From Flaccisagitta enflata (lineage: Eukaryota): a stretch of DNA of 64,000 bases. Every line of letters begins with the position of its first letter. Within the stretch, counting starts at the first letter, position 1. The stretch spans positions 39,990,001 to 40,054,000 of the forward strand of contig OZ231126.1 of the NCBI GenBank assembly GCA_965153355.1, read 5' to 3'. Made by a program: the position numbers and the translations under genes. The notes beneath the pieces were generated by a model. It made no database searches. It had not been told where the DNA came from and worked only from the letters and a program-made list of their open reading frames with translations. Below are positions 29,830 to 42,262 of this stretch, piece by piece.

Positions 29830-30395
29830 GGGCAGCGGCCCCGAAGGGGCCGATGACCTATGCTTTCACACATAGGGGAAATTTCTCCTTCTCCTTCTTC
29901 TCCTTCTTCTCCTTCTTCTTCTTCTCCGTCCCCCCCCCCCCTCAAGGCCCAAATCCTAATCTCGAGACCCAAATCCTAGCTTCAAGGCTCAAATCCCCGC
30001 TTTGAAGCTCAAATCCTAGCCTCGAGGCTCAAATCCCAGCCCTGAGGCTCAAATCCCAGTCTCATGGCACAAATCCCAGCCTTGAAGCTCAAATCCTAGC
30101 CTCAAAGCTCAAATCCCAGCTTCGAAGCTCAAATCCCAGCCTCAAAGCTCAAATCCCAGCCTCAAAGCTCAAATCCCAGCCTCACAGCTCAAATCCCACC
30201 CTCAAAGCTCAATTCCCAGCCTCAGAGCTAAAATATCAGCCTTGAAGCTGAAATCCCAGCCTCGAAGCTCAAATCCCAGCCTCAAGGCCCTAATTCAAGC
30301 CTCAAGGCCCCAATTCCAGCCTCCAGGCCCTAATTCCATCCTTGAGGCCAAAATAAAAACAGCATAGGTCATCGGCCCCTTCGGGGCCGCTGCCC
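29830..30395 (+). mobile_element. Family-A-related HINE, 3'-truncated, flanked by a ~109-bp duplication
   Basis: Inverted repeats GGGCAGCGGCCCCGAAGGGGCCGATGACCTATGCTTT / AAAGCATAGGTCATCGGCCCCTTCGGGGCCGCTGCCC; 20-bp internal repeat (GCTCAAATCCCAGCCTCAAA). Confidence 0.8.
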
Positions 30396-31272
30396 CTCCC
30401 GCGTAAGTTTCATGGAAGAGATGGTGTGTGAATTTGTCTTATTATTATGTTTGAATCTGCATATGGTAAGAACTTTACTAATCCATCTGCCCTTTTTTCC
30501 CCTTTTTCTTCATCTCCCCGCAAGGGGGGAAAAACTTCTCAGACGATGGCGCCATCTGCCCAACTTCGCGGGGTCCATTTCGTTCCTTTCATCCTCGTCT
30601 CTTACCCACGATTTGACGAGCTGTTGGAGCTTCCGATATGGTCTGCATGTTTCCTTCGGGAAATGGTGCAGGTGACGTGATCGTTCCCATGAATCTTAAT
30701 TTTTGCTTTTCAGATTCGGTTTTAATGTAGTTTGGGTAGTAACTTATTATTTTATATTTGTTTTTGTGTTCCTCGGAACATGTCTGTTTTTATTGTATTT
30801 GACATTGACTTTTTAGTGTGTTAATTACGAAAGCGTTCGTATGTTTTGTATATTTTAGTTCAATGCCCTCCACTTATACTTTTCCACCTCGATGGCAAAT
30901 CCCAGTCTAGAGGTGCTTCTAGGCCCGTTCCCCCCTTCCCCCCCCCTTTCCCTTTTAACTTTTTCCTCAGAACGGGTGCCTTTTCTTCCTCGTCTCCGTC
31001 TCGTCTCCGCCCATCGGTCGTTGGATTGATCACATCGCTTGGTCGACGCCCCCCTCTTGCCGGACGGGGGGGGGGGAAACTTTCGCCGCCATGTTGCTCG
31101 TCGATCTCCATCTGCAAGAGGGGTGGGGATGTAAGAGGCGGAGGCGGGGGAGGGGGGCGAGGGCTGTAGTCTGTTATTGTAAATTTTTTTTTAGCGTGAC
31201 AGATGGGTTTTTTTATTAGGGTTTCCCGCGACCAGAAACTAGATGTCGGATTTTTGAAATTTGTGAAATTCC

Positions 31273-31287
31273 AAAAATGGGGCAGAG
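31273..31287 (+). promoter_or_regulatory. Polypurine tract (plus-strand primer)
   Basis: AAAAATGGGGCAGAG directly abuts the TG start of the 3' LTR. Confidence 0.7.
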
Positions 31288-32195
31288 TGTGGAAATGTGT
31301 GCTATTTATAAGTATGGGAATGATGATGTTCTTCGCGTGAATGCTTTTTTCCTTCTTTCTGTCCAATTCGATGCCTTTTGTTTTTGCCCAATTTTGCCGC
31401 AACCATATGGTTGCGCATGGGTTTGTTGCTCTTTTATCCGCTTGGAATTACGTGTTATCACGTATTTTCTTTTTCTACTTTTTTCATCGTCATATGTTTT
31501 ATGCTTCGCATTTTTATCTCGAATCTACATCGTTTTTATGGCATCGCTTCTTAATGGAATGATTGACATTTTGCTTGATTTTTATGTTTTGCGCCCTTGG
31601 AATTTCTCATCTTTCATAAGTCTCTCATCTTTTTATTCCAGAGACATATGAACGGACGCCTGACTTATTTGACGATTACGACGCTGGCTGGAAACCAAGG
31701 AAATTTGGGCCTAAAGTAAGTTTTATCATTTTAGCGTTTTAGTGTTTTATCATTGTTTTTGTCGTCTGACTTTTTATTGTTTTATTGTCTGTTTTTGGCG
31801 TTTTATCGTCTGTTTTTATCGTCTGTCCGGTCAACTAATTATTGGGTGATATGGGTGAATTTAGTGGGATGGGCAGGGCGGGGGCAGTGTACGGATCTGG
31901 CTTCATGGCCTCTGCATAAGATGTACATGTTGTTATTGGCTGTTTCTGTCCATGTCTATCCTGATCTCATGTTGCTTTCATGCATTGGTTGACCATCTTT
32001 TAATGCCCAATTTCCCTTTTACTTTGTCCCCCATCTCAGATTGTTGAAATTTTTACCACATCAAAGAGACCATCGTCACGCCATTTTCCAATCTACGCCC
32101 AAATTCCTTTGCGTCTAATATCGTCAGTCAGTCAGAGACATCTACATACAAAGCTAACCCAGAGTCGAAACTAATATTCACGTGAGAGAATAATA
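31288..32195 (+). repeat. 3' LTR, 908 bp
   Basis: Direct repeat of the 5' LTR, preceded by a purine-rich tract and followed by the GTCAT duplication. Confidence 0.93.
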
Positions 32196-32443
32196 GTCAT
32201 TTAACATGGTTTTTTGGTATGTTTTGGTCATTTATGTTTGTTGGTTTCTTTGTTTTTGGTTTTTGGTTTTTGGTTTTTGGTTTTTGGTTTTTGGTTTTTG
32301 GTTTTTTGGTTTTTTGTTTTTTTGGTTTTTTTTTTTTTTTGTTTTTTTTTTGTTGTTTTTTTTGGTTTTGTGGTCATTTATGTTTTTTGGTATGTTTTGG
32401 TCATTTATGTTTTTTGGTATGTTTTGGTCATTTATGTCATTTC

Positions 32444-33067
32444 AAGTCTGCTGGTTTAAGTCTTCTGGTTTAAGTCTGCTGGTTTAAGTCTGCTGGTTTA
32501 AGTCTGCTGGTTTAAGTCTGCTGGTTTAAGTCTGCTGGTTTAAGTCTGCTGGTTTAAGTCTGCTGGTTTAAGTCTGCTGGTTTAAGTCTGCTGGTTTAAG
32601 TCTGCTGGTTTAAGTCTGCTGGTTTAAGTCTGCTGGTTTAAGTCGGCTGGTTTATGTCGGCTGGTTTAAGTCGGCTGGTTTAAGTCTGCTGGTTTAAGTC
32701 TGCTGGTTTAAGTCTACTGGTATAAATCTGCTGGTTTAAGTCTGCTGGTTTAAGTTTGCTGATATAAGTCTGCTGGTTTAAGTCTGCTGGTTTAAGTATG
32801 CTGGTTTAAGTCTGTTGGTTTAAGTCTGCTGGTTTAAGTCTGCTGGTAAAGTCTGCTGGTTTAAGTCTGCTGGTTAAAGTCTGCTGGTTTAATTCTACTG
32901 GTTTAAGTCTGCTGGTTTAAGTCTGCTGGTTTAAGTCTGCTGGTTTAAGTCTGCTGGTTTAAGTCTGCTGGTTTAGGTCTGCTGGTTTAAGTCTGCTGGT
33001 TTAGGTCTGCTGGTTAAGGTCTGCTGGTTAAAGTCTGCTGGTCAAAGTCTGGTTTAAGTCTGGTTTA
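32444..33067 (+). repeat. 14-bp minisatellite (AAGTCTGCTGGTTT)n
   Basis: Directly visible tandem array of about 44 units. Confidence 0.95.
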
Positions 33068-33246
33068 GTCATTTTTCATTGATTGGGTTGATAGAGTTGA
33101 TTAATTTGACTCAATTACAAGTCACCACTTTTTCTAGTGGTCCCGGCCTGTAATTGGGTGGGTTTCCATGGCCTCCAATACCTCATTAAGCTGATTTATT
33201 CATCAATTCATTCAAGTCAATCTAGTCAACTAAATCATTTTATTCA

Positions 33247-33438
33247 TTTTTTAGTTGCAGACACGCAACTCTATAAGAGGCTTTGTCCGTCCGTTCGTCC
33301 ATCCGTCCGTTGGTCCGTCCGTCCGTCTGTCCGTTGGTCCGTAGGTCCGTGGTGATCAAGTTGGAAAGTGTGAAAATGCGCATTTCCGCCCCTGCCCACC
33401 CGTCCGCAACTGGTATTGGCCGTGTATCCGGCCTTGTT
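33247..33438 (+). mobile_element. Short HINE-like family B (also ~5052-5200, 7005-7240, 36089-36300, 42337-42528, 43501-43718, 44180-44476, 44675-44860, 49690-49845, 60914-61138)
   Basis: Shared layout: TTTTTAG(T/C)CGCG/TTGCG hairpin, CTCTATAA, (GTCY)n, CCGCCCCTGCCCACCCG, GGCCTTGTT end in T-runs; no TSD. Confidence 0.7.
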
Positions 33439-33784
33439 ATATTTCTCCCTATTCAGTCATGTTGATTAAAAAGATACAATATAATAAGCAGTCAGGTCAA
33501 TTCAGTTTTTTAATGTCTCGCACGCGACTTATAGGTGTTGGCCTTGTTTTAAATGTACTGTAAATTCATTCAATTGCGCAATGAAGTGCAGTGATTAGGA
33601 CGGTTAGCGCTGAGTGAAAGAAAATTTTTGTAAGTCAGACGAATGATTAGAATTCGAAAACGAAAACGATTAAAAGGCCGCCAGGGAGATGAAGAGGAAG
33701 AAAGGTAGGAAAAAATATATGACTCTGGTGAAATCAGATCAATGAGTTTCAGGATAAAACAAATCAATTGAAAGAGAAAATTAG

Positions 33785-34200
33785 GTGAACATGATCCTAG
33801 ACGCAAAAGCACACGCACAAGAGCATGAACTTTATCCTAGACGCAAAGGCACATGAACAAGAGCATGAACTTGATCCCCGACGAGAAAGCACATGCACCA
33901 TATAACAAACGTCAAACCATATCCCAGATGTAAAAGCACATATACAAGAGCACGAACTTGATCCTAGACACAATGCACATACACAAGAGCACAAGAGCCC
34001 AGACGCGAAGGCACGCGCACTAGGGCACAAACTTGATCTTAGATGCACACGCACAGGTGCACAAAAAAGAGCAAAAAATTGAGCCTTGACGTGACACACG
34101 CCCAAGAGCAAGAAAAAAGCACAGACTTGATCCTGAATGAAAAATCACGTGCTGAAAAGCATGCAAAAGAGCACGCACAAGAGCTCACATTCAGACGCGC
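33785..34200 (+). repeat. Diverged ~40-bp minisatellite (GATCCTAGACGCAAAAGCACACGCACAAGAGCATGAACTT)
   Basis: About ten imperfect tandem units. Confidence 0.75.
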
Positions 34201-34716
34201 TGGAAAGTGCACCTTCCTGTGCGTTAAGGAATCAAAGCACTCTTTCTAGAGCCCGATTGTGAACGAACACGTAGAGAATCAAAATTGTACAGATTGGACA
34301 GATATGATCATGCATGAAAGCGAGCGTGAATAAAACGTACAAAATCCTGCACATGTTTCAGCCACAATACAAAAACGCTCAGGGACTAGGCATTTTCGGC
34401 TCGTTGGAAAATTCAGGTTTGTTTTTGTTTTTGTTTTTGTTTTTGTTTTTGTTTTTGTTTTTGTTGGAGACGAAAATTCGTAAAATATTTGGCGGAGCCG
34501 ATTGAATCAAAATCAAACTTCTTCACTTCACATCTTCTCGTTCTTGTTCTTGCACTTGCTCTCACGAAATTTTTCGCTACAAAGCCTTCAGCGTATCTTC
34601 GACAAAGTCGATCTGTAGACTTGAGATTGTGCTGGATTGTGGTGGATCGTGCTTCAGACAGGGCTGGAGTAGGCCGGAGATTCAACTGAATACAGCAGAC
34701 GGTTCTTCCTTCAAAA

Positions 34717-34795
34717 CTAAGAGCGTCGGAACCCAAAGAGATTGGTCCCAAACATAAATTGAAAATTGGTCAGAACGCTCGCGCTGCTTCGTCCC
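34717..34795 (-). CDS. Candidate terminal exon for the 40084-40829 exon
   Basis: TTTTCTTCCTTATAG| acceptor; phase-compatible join gives ...HAYLG-GRSSASVLTNFQFMFGTNLFGFRRS*. Confidence 0.3.
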
Positions 34796-35387
34796 CTATA
34801 AGGAAGAAAATCCGCACGAAGGAAAATTATGGGACAAAATTCCACAGCTCTTGACCACTTTACTCTTCGACAATTTCACATTAGGTGTTGTACCCTGAGT
34901 CCCTGACGAAGCTTGACACAGGCGGGTGGAACATAGGCGATCTTTATAAATTATTGGTCATTTTGGTAGTTTTTCTTCTATCATCCTTTTAAAAAAGGAT
35001 CGCCATTAAAAAGGGCTCCACCCCTCCCCCTCCCACCCCCCCCCCCTTCCGAAACAAAAACTATAAACAACAACGTAGAAATAAAGCAACTAGATATTTT
35101 TTGGATATTGATTTTGGTTGAATAAACTTATAGAATTGTTGGTTAATGGTCATAAATGTTTGGACCAGAAAAGCGCCGTACAAAATGCTTATGAATAGAT
35201 ACATAGTTCTCATGACCCAACGATGTAAGAATCGATAATCTTATTGTGCGGCCTAGGTTGCATCACTGTGCTTGCCCTACCATCATGTTTTAGTGCAAAA
35301 AGAAAAAAAAAGAGGAAAAATGGGAGAAAAAATGGTGGGAGAGTGCTTCGGAAAACGAGCCGAATCTTTTTGGTTTTCTCATGGGCA

Positions 35388-35466
<79 letters not shown>

Positions 35467-37235
35467 CCAATTGAAGATTGAATGACGCCTCTGCGTTGTA
35501 CGTAATTGATTGAACTCACAACTGGGATTCTCCTACGTCATCAATTAATCCTTTAACCTCATCCTCAAATGTCGTCATCAATTAAAAATTCGAGACATTT
35601 TATGATTATACGCCTAGTTTAATATGAGTGACTTTATCATTGGCAGTCAAAAATGAAAAAAAAAAGAGGTTTCGGTGAATTGTCTGCCAAAGAAATTCAA
35701 CACGAAATGTGATTTTTGAAGCTTATAAAAACAAGCCCGATCAGGCAACGATGCGTCCTGACTGTGTCTCTGCGTGTATTGACTTTGGCGCTAGACTTGG
35801 ACGGACAGACAGATGAAGACATAGTATCGAAGGAGGCTCTTAAAATATCCTAATGATTTGATACATGACGCATTGAAACTAAAGATAGAAGACTTTACCC
35901 GTAGGACAAACTAACTAATTGCATTAGTATCTCCATGTTATCAATATCTGCATTATTTTTTTCAAACTTTAGTATGTTTAATTACATGAGAGAAATGGTC
36001 TGTTATTGCCAAATGATAGAATGGGAAAAAGGAATGAAGGAAATGCGACCATGAAGTTGAGAAGAAGTGGAGAAATAAGTGACAATCGATTTTTAGTCGC
36101 GTGCACGCGACTCTACAACCTACTCTGTCCGTCTGTCGGTCGGTCGGTCCGTCCGTCCGTCCGTCCGTCCGTAACGCTTATCTTTTTTTTGTCGATTTAC
36201 GCAATTTTAGGTCATTTTAAGTTATCAAATGTACATTTAGGTCAATTTACATTTGGTCTCTTAGTCTTTTGGTCTTTTAGTCTTTTGGTCTAATGATCTT
36301 AACAACCGCACGCGGGTAAAGGGTTGTCCTTGTTTTAAGCTTACACAGAATTCCAAATTTGCATAGAAAATCAAAATTTCCTTGAAAGAAGAACATAGCG
36401 CGCTCAGTAACTGAGTTAGGGATCGCGCTATGTTCTTATTTTGTTGAGATTTTGATTTTCTATGCAAATTTGGAATTCTGTGTAGGTCATGGTACATTAA
36501 CAAAGTGAGATTTTTAATGTATTTTGTCTAGTTTTTCGAACGGAAAATACATGATTCAAGACTTGAACTGACTTTTTTAAGTCATTTCATGCAAAATGTA
36601 TCTATTGACATGTTGATTGATGACACCCAAGCAAAAAATTGCATCATATTTGATGTTATGAAACTCATGATTCATCTGGCTTGGGTAGCGAATTCTATGG
36701 TAATTTTCAGTGCGTCACATGATATCCTCGCGGCTGAAAAGTGCCAAAAACTGCGATTTTCAAGGAGGCGTAACGGACGGACGGACCGACCGATGGACGG
36801 ACGGACAGACGGATAGACCCTCTTATAGAGATGCGAGGACGCATCTAAAAACGGGAAAAAGGAAAAAAGAGGAATAGAAAAAAGACAGAAAAAGAAAATC
36901 GTCCAAGCAAGTGAGTAAGAACAACGCTTCATGGAAGATGAAAAAAAACGGCAAATGGAAAAACTATTAGGACTGAACAGCAGATGAGAAACCAATTTGG
37001 CTGAGGAAACCAGTTTAGTAGATGAGATGAAATCAAATTTTTTGATTGGCAGATGAGTAAACCAGTTGAGCAGAATGTAAGCTAAAAAAAAACAGATCGA
37101 GATTGGTAGATATGAAGATTATTTTGGCTAAATGGTTTCTTTTGCTTGAATGGCAGCTTGTGAGTCTTCCAACTGATCCAAAGTTCTCAACAAACGCCGC
37201 GTGAATGAAACCGAGTCGCGTGACTACTGACTAGG

Positions 37236-37445
<210 letters not shown>

Positions 37446-38297
37446 GTGGTGACGCGAATGTTGCGCTGAAACTACTGCCGGATTTACTGATGTTTTGTTT
37501 AACTACTTTTCGATGCAAATGGGAAAAGTTTTAACAAAAGAATGGATTTGAATTTTCTTAAAAGAAAAGTTACTCTCAACGTTTCAATGTCTTGAGCCGC
37601 GGAAGCGGAAGTGGTTTATTTGTGTCGCTCCAACGGGCCACGCTTCCGCTTCCGCTTCTGCTTCCGCTTCCGCTTCCCCTCTCACTTCCAAATTACAATT
37701 CAAATACCAGAGCCATCCCACCTACCGAATTAGAGGCGCGGCAATATCACGCACGGTGCTTATTTTGGCCACTCGACGAGGTTTATTTGACCAGCTCGTC
37801 ACACACCCCCTAAATCCACCTACACAGTTCTTATTTTGGCCTCTTGACAAAGCTTATTTCACCAGCTCGTCAACAACCCCCTAAATCCACCTAGACAACC
37901 TAAACAGTTCTCATCTTGGCCTGTTGAAAAAGTATATTTCCCCTGCTCGTCACCAACGCCCTTAATTCACCCAAACAACTTAATAAGTAGAAAATTTACC
38001 CTGTAAGTGTTAACCGATAAAAGTGCCTCGGCCAAATTGAATACTTCAAGAAACATTACTTCAGCTAATAACAAGTCCATGAGAACGACGTCGCATGCGT
38101 CTAACAACAAGTAAAGGACGAAAAATAAAACTAAAGCATTCAATTTTGACAGTAGTTGGACGTGGACCTTAAAATCTAAATTCGGTGGTCCTCAGCACCA
38201 GGACAACAAACGACTCGAAAGACGAACATTTTTGTTGGACCGGCCAATGGGCCGAAGGACTGACCAACAGACCTATTTACCACATGAGTAGACACAT

Positions 38298-39426
38298 GGT
38301 AGGCTGATCGCCGGATGGACGATGAAAGTGACTTGTAAAGTCGTGTAGCGCGGGACTGCAGATGCTGCGAACCATATGAGTAGGCTGATCGCCGGATGGA
38401 CGATGAAAGTGACTTGTAAAGTCGTGTAGCCTGGGACTGCAGATGCTGCGAACCATATGAGTAGGCTGATCGCCGGATGGACGATGAAAGTGACTTGTGT
38501 AGTCATTTAGCGTGGGACTGCAGATGCTGCGAACCATATGAGTAGGCTGATCGCCGGATGGACGATGAAAGTGACTTGTAAAGTTGTGTAGCCTGGGACT
38601 GCAGATGCTGCGAACCATATGAGTAGACTGATTGACAGATGGACGATGAAAGTGACTTGTAAAGTCGGGTAGCCTGGGACTGCAGATGCTGCAAACCATA
38701 TGAGTAGACTGATTGACGGATGGACGATGAAAGTGACTTGTAAAGTAGTGTAGCCTGGGACTGCAGATGCTGCGAACCATATGAGTAGACTGATTGACAG
38801 ATGGACGATGAAAGTGACTTGTAAAGTCGGGTAGCCTGGGACTGCAGATGCTGCAAACCATATGAGTAGACTGATCGACGGATGGACGATGAAAGTGACT
38901 CGTGTAGTCGTGTAGCCTGGGACTGCAGATGCTGCGAACCATGTGAGTAGGCTGATCGACAGATGGACGATGAAAGTGACTTGTGTAGTCGTGTAGCATG
39001 GGACTGCAGATGCTGCGAACCATGTGAGTAGGCTGATCGACGGATGGACGATGAAAGTGACTTGTGTAGTCGTGTAGCATGGGACTGCAGATGCTGCGAA
39101 CCATGTGAGTAGGCTGATCGACGGATGGACGATGAAAGTGACTTGTGTAGTCGTGTAGCATGGGACTGCAGATGCTGCGAACCATGTGAGTAGGCTGATC
39201 GACGGATGGACGATGAAAGTGACTTGTGTAGTCGTGTAGCATGGAACTGCAGATGCTGCGAGCCATATGAGTAGGCTGATTGACGGATGGACGATGAAAG
39301 TGACTTGTATAGTCGTGTAGCCTGGGACTGCAGATGCTGTGAACCATATGAGTAGGCTGAGCGACGGATGGACGATGAAAGTGACTTGTAAAGTCGTGTA
39401 GCATGGGACTGCAGATGCTGCGAACA
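38298..39426 (-). repeat. 81-bp tandem array (~14 units), possibly coding (407-aa ORF 38277-39500)
   Basis: Unit AGTAGGCTGATCGCCGGATGGACGATGAAAGTGACTTGTAAAGTCGTGTAGCCTGGGACTGCAGATGCTGCGAACCATATG; 27-codon period, no indels. Confidence 0.9.
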
Positions 39427-39562
39427 ACTTCCCGTCCGCGTCTCGTCCATTTCGCGCCGTCATAAATCCTCATTTTCGACTTCCTCCTCTTTGTCTCCAC
39501 TCAATCTTCTCATTCTTGGTCTCACTCTCACTCTACCTCTCTGATTCTCTGTATCGCTCTCG

Positions 39563-39655
<93 letters not shown>

Positions 39656-40083
39656 CGCTCCACAAATGAAAACAAATGACCAAAGGAATTAACGCCAACT
39701 GCTTTACGACGTTGGAATAAGTTTCAGTCGTCAAAACGTGTTTGAGAAGACGCGTCGCAAGATGCAGATGAATCTCCATCCACTTCTCCAACCATCTATC
39801 CATCCGCCCATCTATCCATCCATCCATCCATCCATCCATCCATCCATCCATCCATCCATCCATCCATGATTCCCTTAAACTGTTCATCAACAACATCTAT
39901 TTATAAGTTAAAGAGTTCTGACGTTTAAAGTAAAATGGATATCTGGGTTAAATCAAGGACGGTTTTTCAGTGTGTTTTTTTTAAGAACTACGACTGATAC
40001 GCGTATTTACCAGTCGGTTAGAATTCAAAAGGCCCTATATAGCCCTATTCCATTTATTTCAGAGGGCGTGTTAGAAAACTTAC

Positions 40084-40829
40084 CCCAAGTAAGCGTGCCT
40101 CCAAAGTAAGGATGCGGCTTTTCTTTCCAACTGCGTCTCGTCCAACGCAGCTGATTTCACTTCTTGCATTGGCCTCGATTCTACGGCAGCCGCTTCGAAA
40201 CCAAACGATTTCAAAGCCGCGGAGGCCGCCACAGCAAGCGCGCTCGCGGAGGAGGATACGCCATCGTCTTCCGTCTTCGATTTCATTTTCCATTCTTTCT
40301 TCGGACCATAATTCGGTTCACCCTTAAACGCGGTCAATATGGCTTTCGCTTTTTGCGCTGCGGCGTCATAATCGGCTGAAGTTGCTGCAGACGTGAAGAA
40401 CGACGTGGAGAATATTCGCGGTGAAGTGGTAGAAGAAGACTTCTTATGACCGGCAACGGCGTTTGCCACGTAATGTAGAGGAACAGCAACTTCCTGCTTT
40501 CTCGTACCCGGCGTTGAGGAAGCAACGTTGATCCCTCTCGCTGTGGCCCTTGCAGATGCTGTTACTGTTGTTGCTGCTGCTGGTGTTCCTACGGCGGCCT
40601 TTTCCTTTCGTGGTTGGGTAAAGAAAGGAGAATCGTCATTTGAGACGGAGGTTGCAGTAATATTGCTTGAAGTGACGGATTTGGTATCGTGATGGATCTC
40701 TTTGTCGATGGCAGATTCAAGAAAAGTGACTTTTCTAGCTGTATTCTTCGCTTTTGAATCATTTACGGGCAAGGTCAAGGTAGAGTCGATGGACAGAGAC
40801 ATTTGGTCCTCGAGTAAAAAAGGTGCCAT
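40084..40829 (-). CDS. Candidate first coding exon of an unrecognised host gene (Ser/Thr/Ala-rich, ~249 codons)
   Basis: ATG at 40829 (MAPFLLEDQ); non-repetitive ORF ending exactly at GG|GTAAGT (donor 40083); GC content higher than the flanks. Confidence 0.55.
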
Positions 40830-40831
40830 GC

Positions 40832-40921
<90 letters not shown>

Positions 40922-41819
40922 TTTTTTCTTTTCTTTTTTTTTTTTTTGCGTTTTCAGTCGACGAAACTTTTGTCAAAAGGGAGAAAAATTCCTTGATGTT
41001 TAGAACGTGAGGCGGAAAATAACTTTTTCCAAAAAAAGAAAATTAAGTACCGATAGCGTTTTGTTATTAGATTAGGCGATTCTACGGAAAATCATTGACA
41101 AACGTGATGGAGCAGAATTTGCGAATACCATGTACATGGCATATAGGGGACTGAATAAGAGTGTCAGCGGAATAACAAAGTCAATGGAGGGAATTGTAGA
41201 GAAAACATAAAATAGAACTTAAATGATGTGTTGAAAATAAACGAGCGTTGCTATGATAATGACTTTCATTTTCATTCTTTAATGACTGGGATTCCGTGAG
41301 AATTAGAACGGAGATGATAGATGAAGTCGGGGGATGAGGAGGAGGAGGAGGAGGAGGGTGACAACCCAGATGAGTGATAAAGTGGAGTGAGTTAATGAAT
41401 CGTCCCCAAATGAGGCGAAAACTCAAAACGAGTCAACGTCGGCAGAAAGAAAGAAAGAAAGAAAACGCTTTTGGACTGTGTCTGGAGAAGCACAATAAAT
41501 GTGTTTAGATTGTGTCTGGATAATCACGATGAGTGTGAATGGGTTATCATTGCTCATGTCTTGAATGGAAAACCTCAAAAGGTAAACGAAATTTTATACC
41601 TCATCCAATATCCGTGTTAATCATGTCTTAACGACGAGTGGACTGTAACGGTGCTCCACTGTAGTGAAAGTAGATATCTTTGTTCAAAGTTTGAGTCGAC
41701 TGGGAAAAGACTCAAAGTCACAGAAACATGTAATAAATTCATCGTCGTTAAACTGAGCCCTGGAAAGGTGAATTTAAGTGGGGATAGCGTCATGCAGCCT
41801 TTTGATTTTTCAAAAAAGA

Positions 41820-41840
41820 TTCATCGTCATCATTATCGTC

Positions 41841-41917
<77 letters not shown>

Positions 41918-41941
41918 TTTCATAATCATTAATATAATCAA

Positions 41942-42004
<63 letters not shown>

Positions 42005-42162
42005 TACCATCATCATCGTCATCATCATCATCATCATCATCACCATCTTTCTAATCATCGCCATCATCGCCATCATCATCCACATCTTCTTTTATCATTC
42101 TCTCCTTTGTAATCAACATCATCATCATCATTATCCTCATCTTTATCATTATCCTCATCTTT

Positions 42163-42210
<48 letters not shown>

Positions 42211-42217
42211 GTCATCG

Positions 42218-42255
<38 letters not shown>

Positions 42256-42262
42256 GTCATCA
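41820..42262 (+). repeat. (ATC)n microsatellite block
   Basis: Directly visible. Confidence 0.95.

Noticed and set aside
31277-31651. Hydrophobic 124-aa ORF in the LTR as a possible env or transmembrane protein (also 15305-15880)
   Set aside because: The hydrophobicity follows from the T-rich strand; its presence in both LTRs reflects LTR identity, not selection; no env motifs.
38298-39426. CRISPR-like appearance of the regular arrays (also 51840-55080)
   Set aside because: Units are contiguous with no unique spacers, no cas genes are present, and the context is eukaryotic.
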